Below, piece by piece: positions 20,182-31,000 of a stretch of 64,000 nucleotides of DNA (the stretch's first letter is position 1; the number at the start of each line of letters is the position of its first letter). Source of the stretch: an uncultured Chloroflexia bacterium (GTDB lineage: Bacteria > Chloroflexota > Chloroflexia > Thermomicrobiales > UBA6265); contig CAVTUU010000012.1 in assembly GCA_963737985.1 (NCBI GenBank), positions 9,157 through 73,156 of the forward strand. Reading direction: 5' to 3'. Below the pieces are notes generated by a model that saw only the letters and a list, made by a program, of their open reading frames with translations, made no database searches and was not told the origin of the DNA. Both the position numbers and the translations under genes were made by a program.

Positions 20182-22122
20182 ATGTCGGAAGCGCCATTTG
20201 GTTCATGGAAATCGCCGATTACTTCGGAGTTGATCGTCGCCGGCACAGTCGGCTTGCTGGAACCGACGATTCACGATCAATCGATCTATTGGGTCGAGTC
20301 CCGCGCGACCGAAGCCGGTCGCCGCGTCGTCGTCCGCCGCAAGGCCGACGGTACGACCGAGGATGTAACGCCTGCTCCCTTTAACGCGCGAACGCGGGTG
20401 CATGAGTACGGCGGAGGGGCATATGGCATCCACGACGGGGTTGCATACTTCGCGAATTTCGCGGATCAGGTCTTGTATCGGGTCGACCCCGGCGCCGAGC
20501 CCCGGGCAATCACGCCGAATCTTGGCAACTCGGAACTGCGCTACGCCGACTTCGCCTTTGACGACGCGAAAAACCGGATCATCTGCGTGCGCGAGGATCA
20601 CCGCGATTCGAGCCGGGAAGCGGTCAATACGATCGTCTCCCTCAGCCCAGTTGGTCCGAATGAGGACGGCGGGCAGGTGCTCGTCTCCGGCAACGATTTC
20701 TACTCGAATCCTCGCCTCAGTCCCGATGGCACAAAGCTCTCCTGGCTGACCTGGCATCATCCAAACATGCCCTGGGATGGCTGCGAACTCTGGGTGGCGG
20801 ATGTCGCCAGCGACGGTTCGCCAACGAACGAGCGTCTGGTCGCGGGAAGCAAAACCGAATCAATCTTCGAACCGCTTTGGTCGCCGGATGGCGTCCTCAC
20901 CTTCGCCTCCGACCGCACGGAATGGTGGAACCTCTATCAGGAACGAGACGGCGCGATTCGAGCGCTTTGCGAGATGGATGCTGAATTCGGCATGCCGCAG
21001 TGGGTTTTCGGGATGTCGACTTACGGCTTCGCCTCCGCGCAGACGATCGTCTGCATCTACACCAGCGACGGGAGCTGGAAACTCGCCACGCTAGATGTGG
21101 GAACTGGCAAGCTCAATACGGTTGAAACGACATTGACTGACTTCGGCGGAGTCGATGCCGAAAATGGCGTCGCGGTCGTGGTTGGCGGCGATCCGACCGA
21201 CGGCACCGCGATCTACCGATTCGATCCGGCAACGGGCAAACTGGACGTGCTGAAGCGTTACTCGACGCTCACTATCGACCCCGGCTACCTCTCGATCCCA
21301 GAGGCGGTCGAATTTCCGACCGAAGGCGGGTTAACGGCCCACGGCTTCTATTACACACCCAAGAACAAGGATTTCACCGCTCCTGCAGGCGAGCGTCCTC
21401 CGCTGGTTGTCCTCAGCCATGGCGGCCCGACCTCAGCCGCCGATACTGCCCGCGACCTAACGATTCAATATTGGACGAGCCGCGGTTTCGCCGTGCTCGA
21501 TGTGAACTACGGCGGCAGCACCGGCTACGGCCGGTCGTACCGCCAACGATTGAACGACAACTGGGGAATCGTCGACGTCGACGATTGCGTGAACGGCGCG
21601 AAGTACTTGGTCAATCAAGGCCTCGCCGATGGCGATCGCTTGATCATTCGCGGTTGGAGCGCCAGCGGCTACACCACACTGGCCGCCCTTGCCTTCCGCG
21701 ATGTCTTCAAAGCGGGCGCCAGTCACTTCGGCGTCAGCGAGCTCGAGGCGATGGCCGAGGACACGCACAAATTTGAGTCCCGTTACCTCGATGGTCTCAT
21801 CGGCCCCTATCCCGCCGCCAAGGATCGCTACGCCGAGCTTTCGCCGATCAACTCAGTCGACAAGCTCAATGTGCCGCTGATCCTATTCCAGGGATTGGAA
21901 GACAAAGTCGTCCCGCCCAACCAGGCGGAGATGATGTACGACGCGGTGAAAGCAAAGGGAATCCCGGTCGCCTATGTCCCGTTCGAAGGCGAGCAGCACG
22001 GCTTTCGCAAAGCGGAGAACATCCGCCGCTCCCTCGATGGCGAACTCTACTTCCTCTCCCGCGTCTTTAACTTCGCCCTAGCCGAAACCATCGAACCCGT
22101 CGAGATCGCAAACTTGGGATGA
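20182..22122 (+). CDS. S9 family serine peptidase (prolyl oligopeptidase / acylaminoacyl-peptidase type)
   Basis: N-terminal beta-propeller-like region. C-terminal hydrolase with nucleophile elbow GWSASGY, then LFQGLEDKVV and GEQHGF. Confidence 0.9.
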   Translation: MSEAPFGSWKSPITSELIVAGTVGLLEPTIHDQSIYWVESRATEAGRRVVVRRKADGTTEDVTPAPFNARTRVHEYGGGAYGIHDGVAYFANFADQVLYRVDPGAEPRAITPNLGNSELRYADFAFDDAKNRIICVREDHRDSSREAVNTIVSLSPVGPNEDGGQVLVSGNDFYSNPRLSPDGTKLSWLTWHHPNMPWDGCELWVADVASDGSPTNERLVAGSKTESIFEPLWSPDGVLTFASDRTEWWNLYQERDGAIRALCEMDAEFGMPQWVFGMSTYGFASAQTIVCIYTSDGSWKLATLDVGTGKLNTVETTLTDFGGVDAENGVAVVVGGDPTDGTAIYRFDPATGKLDVLKRYSTLTIDPGYLSIPEAVEFPTEGGLTAHGFYYTPKNKDFTAPAGERPPLVVLSHGGPTSAADTARDLTIQYWTSRGFAVLDVNYGGSTGYGRSYRQRLNDNWGIVDVDDCVNGAKYLVNQGLADGDRLIIRGWSASGYTTLAALAFRDVFKAGASHFGVSELEAMAEDTHKFESRYLDGLIGPYPAAKDRYAELSPINSVDKLNVPLILFQGLEDKVVPPNQAEMMYDAVKAKGIPVAYVPFEGEQHGFRKAENIRRSLDGELYFLSRVFNFALAETIEPVEIANLG

Positions 22123-22129
22123 GCAACCC

Positions 22130-22885
22130 TCACCCACTGGGTTGTGGCTGCTTGAGGGCCGCCCGCGCCTCACCTCCGCCACACCCCCAGCCAGGTCATC
22201 CTGAGCGGAGACGGAGCCGGAGTCGAAGGATCTGTCCCTTGCCTACCGCCGTGGAAAGATCGCTCACCCGGGGTCGAAACCCAGGGCTAAGACATCGAAG
22301 CCCCGGAGAGGCTTTCTCTTGTCAGTCCTAGGTTGATGAGCGTGGACAGTGTGATCGGACCATCCGCCCGCCGCAGTCGGTTGATGGCGTTCGCTTCAAT
22401 ACCAGGCGCATCCGTCGGCCCACCCGGGAATCAATTCCCGGGCTCAGTGACCGGAAGTCGGTTGAAACCGACTGGAGCCGGCGCACCAGTGTATCCAGTG
22501 ATGAGGTGAACGCCATAAATCTCGGGCTCAGTGACCAAAGTCTCTCCGGGACTGAGCCCGAGACCGGTGCAACCGTCAGTCAGTTAATGAGCGTGGAGAG
22601 CGTGATCGGACCATCCGCGTGCCGCAGTCGGCTTCAGCCGACTTCCGGTCCGTAGCCCGGGAATTGATTCCCGGGCGGGGCGGCGCGGAGGCCTCATATT
22701 TAGGAGAACGCCATCAATCCCGAGTGGGCCGGCCCACCACCCTGGTCCATTTGTGTTGTCACCGTTCATCAGCCGACTTCCGTCACTGAGCCCGGTGCCC
22801 TCTGGGCCTTATTGATTCCCGGGACGGGCACGCGCACCACCATGGTCCGATGCTGTTGACCAGTTTCATCAATCTAGGGACCACC
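22130..22885. repeat. Dense nest of a composite, roughly 100-nt palindromic intergenic element (at least five full or partial copies, both orientations)
   Basis: Core TGATGAGCGTGGAnAGyGTGATCGGACCATCCGC + GCAGTCGGCTTCAGCCGACT + CCCGGGAATTGATTCCCGGG. Copies at 22321-22380, 22423-22481, 22576-22676, about 22735-22830 and about 22838-22880. Family 8268-8307 also has a copy at 22195-22234. Confidence 0.75.
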
Positions 22886-22890
22886 GCTCC

Positions 22891-23946
22891 CTACTCCTCG
22901 TCGTCCTCTTCCGCTTCCTCGGTGGCGCCAGATTCGGAGCCATCGAAGGAGATGCGGCCGGTGAGCTCAGGGGAGCCGGATTTGATCTTCTTCGTGATGT
23001 CTTCCATCACGTCTGGATTGTGCTTCAGGAACTCCTTGGCGTTCTCTCGACCCTGACCGAGGCGCTCCTCACCAAGATAGAACCACGCGCCACTCTTGCG
23101 GACGATTCCGAGATCGGTCGCGACATCGAGGACGCTGCCGGAGGCGGAGATGCCTTCGTTGTACATGATGTCGAATTCGGCTTGGCGGAAGGGAGGCGCG
23201 ACTTTGTTCTTGACGACCTTTACGCGAACGCGGCCACCGACGGTGTCTTGGCCATTCTTGATCGCTTCGATACGGCGGATGTCAAGCCGGACCGAGGAAT
23301 AGAACTTAAGCGCGTTGCCGCCCGTGGTCGTTTCCGGGTTGCCGAACATGATGCCGATCTTCATGCGAAGCTGATTGATGAAGACCACGGACGTCTTCGA
23401 TCTGCTGATCGCGCCGGTTAGCTTCCGCAACGCCTGACTCATCAGCCGGGCCTGCAAACCGGGGTGGGAATCGCCCATGTCCCCTTCGATCTCGGCCTTC
23501 GGCACGAGCGCGGCGACCGAGTCGACCACCACCACGTCGAGCGCGCCTGAGCGGACGAGGGTTTCCGCGATTTCGAGCGCCTGTTCACCGGTATCCGGCT
23601 GGGAAATGAAGAGTTCTTCGAGATTGACGCCCAACCGCTCGGCATAAAGCGGATCGAGCGCATGCTCGGCGTCGATATAGGCAGCCACGCCGCCCATGCG
23701 CTGCGCCTCGGCAATAACGTGCAGGGCCAGCGTCGTTTTACCTGAGGATTCAGGTCCATAGATCTCAGTGATTCGCCCCCGAGGAACGCCACCGATGCCG
23801 AGGGCCAAGTCAAGCGCGATGCTCCCAGTCGGGATGCTCTCCACCGCCATCCTGTTGGCCTCGCCGAGCTTCATGATCGAGCCTTTGCCGAACTGGCGCT
23901 CGATTTGGGTTACCGCGAGGTCGATCGCGCGTGCGCGTTCCGACAT
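22891..23946 (-). CDS. recA: Recombinase RecA
   Basis: [15 protein letters not shown], Walker [51 protein letters not shown]. Acidic C-terminal tail. Confidence 0.97.
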   Translation of the reverse strand: MSERARAIDLAVTQIERQFGKGSIMKLGEANRMAVESIPTGSIALDLALGIGGVPRGRITEIYGPESSGKTTLALHVIAEAQRMGGVAAYIDAEHALDPLYAERLGVNLEELFISQPDTGEQALEIAETLVRSGALDVVVVDSVAALVPKAEIEGDMGDSHPGLQARLMSQALRKLTGAISRSKTSVVFINQLRMKIGIMFGNPETTTGGNALKFYSSVRLDIRRIEAIKNGQDTVGGRVRVKVVKNKVAPPFRQAEFDIMYNEGISASGSVLDVATDLGIVRKSGAWFYLGEERLGQGRENAKEFLKHNPDVMEDITKKIKSGSPELTGRISFDGSESGATEEAEEDDEE

Positions 23947-24046
23947 GGAGAAGCCGTCCTTCCTTTACCTCTGCGCTTGACAGCAACCCGTCAAGCTAAA
24001 GTGAAAATTGACCGCCGCAACGGCCGTTTTGACCAGTCACGACATT

Positions 24047-24060
24047 AGAATGAATGTTCT
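24047..24060. promoter_or_regulatory. Cheo-type LexA (SOS) box candidate upstream of recA
   Basis: On the recA strand it reads AGAACATTCATTCT, that is GAAC-N4-ATTC, one mismatch from GAAC-N4-GTTC. It lies immediately downstream of a TAAAAT -10-like hexamer (24061-24066) and 101-114 nt upstream of the ATG. Confidence 0.55.
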
Positions 24061-24508
24061 ATTTTACGCCTGAATAATACCTAATTATGAAGCCCCGGTC
24101 AAACGGAAGCAAGCCGATCTACTTCTGTCCGTACGGGCCGATTATCGCAGGTTGCAATGGGCCTGCACTGCCACGATTTGCCCGTTTGCATTTGGTGATG
24201 CAAGAACGGTGCGAACAAGAACATCGCCCGGGGCTCGCGCGCCGCCCGGGGATAAAGGGCAGTGATCCGAATGCCGCGATTAATGGAAAAGCTGTGATCC
24301 GAACGCTGCCCAGGGATAAATCCCCGGGCTCAAGCTCCGAGGCCCTCTAAAGAAGGCTAGGTGCGCCCCGCCGCATCAGATTGGGAACGAAATTGGCCCG
24401 ACCGAAATGATCTAGTCCGCTTCAGCGGGCTTCGGAGCTTGAGCGCGGTCCATTCATGGCCGCGCGGCGAGCGTAACGAGTCCTCGCCCAATAGATCACG
24501 AGCCGTTG

Positions 24509-27007
24509 CTACGCACACGTATCAATCAGTGGCGGCAGAATCTCAACTTCGGCCAATCCACCGACCTGGGCGGCGCCGTTCGGGTTCGGGAATTGGAACC
24601 GGATGAATTGCCACGCCGACCCGAGCGTCAGTTCGCGCCAGTCACCCGGTGTCACATCAGCCGGCGCGGCCACCGTTTGCCAGTTCGCGCCATCGTTCGA
24701 AACGGAAATGACCATGCCCGCGGCCGCGTTGGGATCGGTCACTACCCAGCGGAGCTTGTCGATCGTTTGTGGCGCTCCAAGATTGACGACGATCTGAGCC
24801 GGGTCCTGATCTGTTTCCGGTGGGGTCGCCAGCCAAGCCGATCCCGGATTCTGATCGAAGATGATCGCCGAGCTCGGCGCGCCGGCAGTCTGCTGCACGG
24901 AGGCCGGGAGTAACGCCGCCACCGTGGGCGGAATACAGGGCGTTTCTGTCGGCAATTCGGTCGGGGTTTCAGTCGGTACGTCTGTCGGCGTGTCGGTCGG
25001 AGTCTCGGTTGGCGTATCGGTCGGTTCCTCCGTCGGCGCTTCGGTTGTCGCGGTTTCGTTGACGACCGGGGTTTCAGTCACGATCTCGGATGGAACAGTT
25101 TCTGATGGGACTGGGGATGCTTCGGGCGATCCCTCAGGGACAGTCGAAGTTGGACTCGGCGTTGGCGTTGGCGACTTCGTGGTCGCGGCGGCACCCCCAG
25201 TGACATCGAACGCGTTCGTCTGGGCGCGAGCAACGCTGCCGTCGCCGCGGACTTTCTGCGAGCCAATTGCCGCCCACGACGGGACCTTGACATCGACATT
25301 CGCACTGCCGGTGCTCGACGTCATGACGCGCTTCAACTCGACCCAGCTCGAGCCATGAAGCCAGCGGATTCGCACCGATTCGTGCGCGGCGTAGCCGCGG
25401 AGCGAGACGTTAATCGTTGCGCCTCGTTTTCCAGAATCCGGGATGAGTTTGATCCGAGGTTTGATCCGATATGGGATGACAATCGCGACATCGCCCGCGG
25501 CCATGCGCACGGCATGCTGGCCAATTGGCGAGGCCGGCGCTTGGAAAACGAAGTTGGCGTCACCAGCGCTGTTGACCGGATATTTGCCAATAAGGTTGCC
25601 ATCCCAGCGCAACCAGACATTGGTATGCGGTGGGAAATCGGTCACCGTTCCCGAGATGTAGCTGTTGACGGTGCCGTTGGTCGGTGAGAGCACTGCTCGC
25701 GGATTGCCAGCGGGTCCGAGCCACAGCACGGGTTCATGCGTGCTGTCAGGATCACCTTTGAAGCCGCGCCCGCTGGATTGAGACGACGCGGCGATCGTAA
25801 ACAACCAGTTGCGAATCGACGCGATGCTCGCGCCAGGATTGGCCGACTTGAAGAGCGCAATCGCCCCGGTCACGTGAGGCGTCGCCATGCTCGTACCGGT
25901 CTTTTCGCCCGTGCCTCCGCCCAGTGTGGTCGAGAGAACGCACGATCCCGGCGCAGCGATATCGACATCGGCTCCAAAGTTGCTGTACGGCGCGAATCGA
26001 TCGTCAGAACCGAAGTTAGGGCAACCAGGACCACTGCCCCCGGCAATGCCGTCGGTGTCAGTAAAGGCGGAGACCGTAATAACTTCAGGGTACGTGGCGG
26101 GAATCACGTTGGTCGTAGTCTTCGTGTCATTTCCAGCCGCGACGACCACTGGGATTTTCTTGTTGACGACCTTGCAGATCGCGTCATGCAGTGGATCGGG
26201 CGATGACGTGCTGAAACAGGTGCTGTCAGCGCCGCCACCTTCGACGCTCATATTCACAACATCGATCGTGCTGGAGTGCGCCGCGACCCAATCGAGTCCG
26301 CAGATGAGGGTCCCTTCCGAGCCACTTGCGGTGGAATCGAGGACGCGGACCGACCATATTTTTGCGCCGGGCGCTACGCCGACAACGCCGCTGCCGTTAT
26401 CGATCGCGGCCGCGATGCCGGCGACATGGGTGCCGTGACCATTCCTGTCAGTGAACGTGGCGCCGGGGTTGCCGTTGCCGACCACGCAGTCGGTCCCGCC
26501 GACAACGTTGAGATCGGGATGACTCGTGTCGACGCCGGTGTCGAGCACCGCAATGTCGGCATTAACACGTTGATCGGCGCCATCAATTCGGGCAGTTGAA
26601 TTCTGATTCGCGCCAACACGTTTTATGTTATCTGGAATGGTTTGCGCCGCCGCGTGAATCGGCCGATCGGGCACGATCGCCGCCACAGCGGGATCGTTGG
26701 CCAGCGCATCAGCTTGTTCCTGCGTCACGGTGGCAGAGAAGCCGTTGATCACGTTGGTGTAGACGTGGGTGGGGGTGACAGCCGCCGTCCGCGATCGCGA
26801 AGTAGTCGCGGCCGCGACCTGGTCGTCCTTGAGCACGACGATCACATCGCCCGAAGGGGGATCGGCCGCGGCCGCACGTCGATTGAACGACCAACTGCCG
26901 AGTCCAGTCGCGCCAAGAAGCAGGAGGCAGATAAGCAATCCGGTCAGGAACCGGTGGCGGGGGTGTTGGTTCCGTTGGATTGCGCTCGAACGAGCGACAA
27001 GCAGCAT
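24509..27007 (-). CDS. Secreted subtilisin-like S8 protease with I9 propeptide, Ig-like middle domains, TETPT linker and C-terminal F5/8 type C (discoidin) domain
   Basis: Catalytic triad motifs VLDTGVD, HGTHVAGIAAA and GTSMATPHVTGA. Propeptide VYTNVINGFSATVT. C-terminal IVVNLGAPQTIDKLRWV...VSNDGANW...FIRFQF. Signal peptide LLICLLLLGATGLGS. Confidence 0.9.
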   Translation of the reverse strand: MLLVARSSAIQRNQHPRHRFLTGLLICLLLLGATGLGSWSFNRRAAAADPPSGDVIVVLKDDQVAAATTSRSRTAAVTPTHVYTNVINGFSATVTQEQADALANDPAVAAIVPDRPIHAAAQTIPDNIKRVGANQNSTARIDGADQRVNADIAVLDTGVDTSHPDLNVVGGTDCVVGNGNPGATFTDRNGHGTHVAGIAAAIDNGSGVVGVAPGAKIWSVRVLDSTASGSEGTLICGLDWVAAHSSTIDVVNMSVEGGGADSTCFSTSSPDPLHDAICKVVNKKIPVVVAAGNDTKTTTNVIPATYPEVITVSAFTDTDGIAGGSGPGCPNFGSDDRFAPYSNFGADVDIAAPGSCVLSTTLGGGTGEKTGTSMATPHVTGAIALFKSANPGASIASIRNWLFTIAASSQSSGRGFKGDPDSTHEPVLWLGPAGNPRAVLSPTNGTVNSYISGTVTDFPPHTNVWLRWDGNLIGKYPVNSAGDANFVFQAPASPIGQHAVRMAAGDVAIVIPYRIKPRIKLIPDSGKRGATINVSLRGYAAHESVRIRWLHGSSWVELKRVMTSSTGSANVDVKVPSWAAIGSQKVRGDGSVARAQTNAFDVTGGAAATTKSPTPTPSPTSTVPEGSPEASPVPSETVPSEIVTETPVVNETATTEAPTEEPTDTPTETPTDTPTDVPTETPTELPTETPCIPPTVAALLPASVQQTAGAPSSAIIFDQNPGSAWLATPPETDQDPAQIVVNLGAPQTIDKLRWVVTDPNAAAGMVISVSNDGANWQTVAAPADVTPGDWRELTLGSAWQFIRFQFPNPNGAAQVGGLAEVEILPPLIDTCA

Positions 27008-27399
27008 CTACAACGCTCCGACCGCTGGGAGAATGACATGATCAAAGCTCCCCGCAGTCGCGCGTGATGAGACAAAAACCGGTGAGCACGTGAAGGATAC
27101 GCCCGCACGCCTAACGGTTGCCACTTCATTCCCCCTTGGAAAGGATAGTAATCCGCGGGGTAGCGATACGCGCTACAGCAGCCGCGCCAAGCGTTTCGCG
27201 ACTGTCCCTTAGAGTCTAAACGATTCAGTGCATCATTTGGACGGGATTTTTTCCGATTTTTGTATGAGGTAAAAGACTCTCGGTGGACGTGATACCTGTT
27301 GTGTCCGCTACAAGACTTCACCCTGCAGACACTCAGCAATCACCTTTCCCAGAAGAGCCCGCAAAGCTCGAAGGATCGTCCAAGCATAGTTTTCCTGTT

Positions 27400-27830
27400 G
27401 CGCTGAGTGGCAACGGTGCCGGGGCAGAAGTGCCGGGCTAAACCTACGAAGCCGGTTAAAGACCGGCTAGGCACGAGGATCCGTCAGGATATGCCGGAGG
27501 GGCGTTTGGCGAACGCCCTCTGTCCAACACGGGGGTATCAATAGTCCACGATGCGACATTCGCACCAGGGCGTTCGCCAAACGCCCCTACAAATGGATTA
27601 CGGCCGTCTGATTGCCCAGCCTCCAAAGGGCGAATAGATTGGAATCAGCGACGGTCTTAAGGATCTTGACGAGTTAGGTCGGGATCCCCTCGTCAGTCGG
27701 TTGATGAGGTTGGACAGCTTGATCGGACCATCCGCCTGCCGCAGTCGGCTGAAGCCGACTTCCAGTCACTGAGCGGGGAAGGGCCTTATTGATTTCCAGG
27801 CGGGAGGCCGACTACGACGGCTCCCGTTTG
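27400..27830. repeat. Intergenic repeat cluster
   Basis: 27446-27471 is the inverted copy (24/26) of 45722-45747. GGGGCGTTTGGCGAACGCCC (27499-27518) recurs as an exact reverse complement at 27568-27587. 27693-27805 is a copy of the composite element seen at 22576-22676. Confidence 0.75.
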
Positions 27831-28006
27831 AGACCGAACCATTTCGTCCAACTCCACTAGGTCCGGGCTATCTGACGCCACCGCAAACACCAGCACAACA
27901 ACCCTTGAACAGATGATTGAGCGCGACATCCGATTCGTCCGGCGTCGCGCTCAATGTGGAAGAAACGATTCGGTGTGATCTCTAGGGACCGAACCCTAGT
28001 GCACTG

Positions 28007-31000
28007 CTACGCCACCAACCTCCGTCGTCGCCACACGTACGCCGCCAGCGCAAGCGCCGGCCAGGCAAGACCGAACAGCATCATTGAGTTTCCGCCGCCC
28101 GGTCCGATGCCGGCGGTGCTGCCAGTACCCGTGTTGGGCGGATTCTTCGTCGGCACGCAATTGAAGATCCAAACGGTCGCGCGCTGGTTCGCCTTGACGA
28201 TGATGTCGCCCTTGGCATTCACCGAATCCGACTCCGCGTGGCACCAATCGCTGCCAGTTTCCTTCGGCAAGTACGTGCCTGGTGGGAGGCGGCTGAACCG
28301 GAGGAGACCGTCCGGGTTGGTCACGCCGGTCGTTTTCGGCACGTACTTGGTTCCGTTCCAGACCGAGAGCGTGAACTTCGCGCCGTCTGTCATCGGGGCG
28401 CAGTTGTTGAACCAGTCGAAGTTCGACGGGTACTTGCCCGCATCGCAGACGTACTTGTAAATCAGGATCGCACCGGTTGTATTCGTCACGTCATCCGGCA
28501 CGTTGAACCACGTGCAGTACATCGTCGTGCCTTCGAGCACGTTGAACGAGATCTGCGTGCCAACCACCTTCAGGGTCGGATTGTTTGGATCGACCCCGCA
28601 GAAGGCATAGACAACCAGATCGGTCGTGTTCGCATCTTCCTGCAAGGTATAGCCACCCGGTGGCAATTGGCTGAAGGTTGTTTGGCCCTTCTGCCCGAGA
28701 TCGCCCGTGACGTGCTTGACCGCGAGCTTGCCGGTCGTGCGGAAGGTGACGTTGTTGGTTAGCGTCGTGGTGTCGGCGCAGTTGTTGATGAAGTCCGCAA
28801 AGTAGACGCCCGCGTACCCGGCATCGCAGGTGTACTTCGTGACCTGGATCTTGCCCGGTGTCGGCGCCGGCGGCTTCTTGTAGTTCAACACCACGACGGT
28901 CGTCTGCTGGCTAGCCGAGATCACGATGTCCTCGTTCGTGTCGGCGCCCTGATACTTCGGCGTTGTCTCGTTCAGCGTGTAGGTTCCGGCCTTCAACGTC
29001 GCCTGATATTCACCATCGGTCCCCGTGTTGAAGGTGACGACGGTGCCGCCACTCTTCGGCTTCAGGGTGAAGGTCGCGTCGCCCTTCGTGCAATTCGCCG
29101 TCTTGGTCAACGGCTGCCCGCCTGGGTTCGACGAGTCGATGATGACCGTCTTCTCGGGGCCGGTTCCGGCCGGGCAGTAGAACTTGACGACCTTGACCGA
29201 TCCGGTATCGGGTGGCGGCGGCGCTTTCTTGTCGACGATCGTGATCGTCGTCGTCACTCCCGGATTGACGATGATGCCCGATTTATCCGCCACCTTGAGA
29301 TAACCTGTCGGCGCGCTCAGCTCCTTCAGCTTGAACGTGCCCGGCGTCAGGTTATCGAAGCTCGCGTACCCGTTGGTATCGGTGCACTGCTGGCCTTTGC
29401 CATCCGGCGACAGATCGAAGCAGGCGCTGTGCAGCGGTTGTCCCTGCTGATTGATCTTGTGCACGAGAACGCGGCCCGGCTTCAGGGTATTGGTGACCTT
29501 CACGGTCGTGGTCTGGTTCGCTTGAACGGTCACATTCTTGTCGGCCACGGTCTGGTAGTCGGCCGACGGTTTCTGCGTTTCGTGCAGCGCGTACGTGCCG
29601 GTGCCGACATTCACGAACTTAATCGTGCCGTCGTTCGCCCCGTCCGTGCTGTCGCAGACCGGACCGTACTTCGTGACCGCGCCCTGTTTCAGCGAGAAGC
29701 ACGAGTTCGCCAGCGGATTGTTTTCCGAGTCGACCTTATTGACCGTGACATTCCCCTTCGTCGGCGGTGGCGGCGTCGGAGTGTCTGTAAACGTGAGGAA
29801 GGTGGTGAGGTTCGCCTTCACCGCGAAGTTCTGGTTGTCGCCGGGATCAAATCCGGCCGGCGGCAACGTTTCGACCGCTTCGTAGTTGCCCGCCGGGATA
29901 TTCTCGAAGCGGATGATGCCAACAGTGGAGCTTTGATCGCCGGCTTGGTTGTCACAGAGTTGGTATCCAGCTCCACCGTTCAGTGCGAAGCATGAACCGC
30001 CAAGCAGGTTGCCATTCGGATCTCGCTTGTAAATCTGCACGCGGCCCGGCTTGAGCTCGTCGGTCACCGTGACCGTCGTGTCGGTCACTCCGGCGACGAT
30101 CGTCACGTTCTGATCGGATGCGAAGAAGTAATCGGTCGACGGCGCTTGGGTCTCACGCAGGATGTAGGTGCCCGCATCGACATTGGTGAAGTGAATCGAG
30201 CCATCGTTCGAGCCATCGTCACCGTCGCAGACCGGCCCCGCGATCACGGTTGATCCGTCGAGCAATTCGAAGCAGCTCGACTTCAGCTTGGCCGCCTGCG
30301 CATCGACCTTGACCACGGTCAAATCACCTTGCGTTTCCGGCACCGGCTGATCATTGACGGTGATGAAGATCGTGCTCGCCGCGTTGATGTCGACCGTTTG
30401 ATCATCCGAGGTTTGGAATCCGGCCGGCGGCGTCTTCTCGTGCAGGGTGTAACTGCCGAACGGGATATCGGTGAACAGGATGAATCCCACGCCACCGTGC
30501 CCATCGTTCGCGTCGTTGTCACAAATCTCGAACGTGTTGGGGACCGACGACAGCGTCCAGCAGGACCCGGGAAGAAGCGTGTTCCCCTGGTCTTCTTTTG
30601 TCACGAGCAAGCTCGCGGTATCGGGCGCCTGCACGATCACGATGATCTCGGCGCTGACGACGACGTTCGGCTTAATCGTGACGGTGATCTCGTCGAAGCT
30701 CGATGACTGGAATCCCTGGCCAGGGCCAACCGGAGCATTCGACTGCTTGATGCTGTAGACGCCAACCGGCAAGCCATTAATGAGCATTCTGCCTGGTCGC
30801 GAATCCTCGTCGCCACCCACTTGCAGGTTTTTGACGAACATCTGGCCAATGCGTCGTTCGGCGTTACTTCCACCGTTGTCGCAAATCTCGGTGGGCGCAT
30901 CGAGCGCATCGCTCGTGAAGAGCAAGCAGGCGCCTTCTGTCAGATTTCCTTGCGCGTCCTCGAGCCGCAGTCTGATGCCACCTGTTTCCGGCGGCGCTTC

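Noticed and set aside
24945-25075. Periodic 12-nt-like repeats here and at 31560-31955 that could be mistaken for a CRISPR or tandem-repeat array.
   Set aside because: They lie inside long ORFs and encode (T-E-T-P)n linkers. There is no repeat-spacer architecture.
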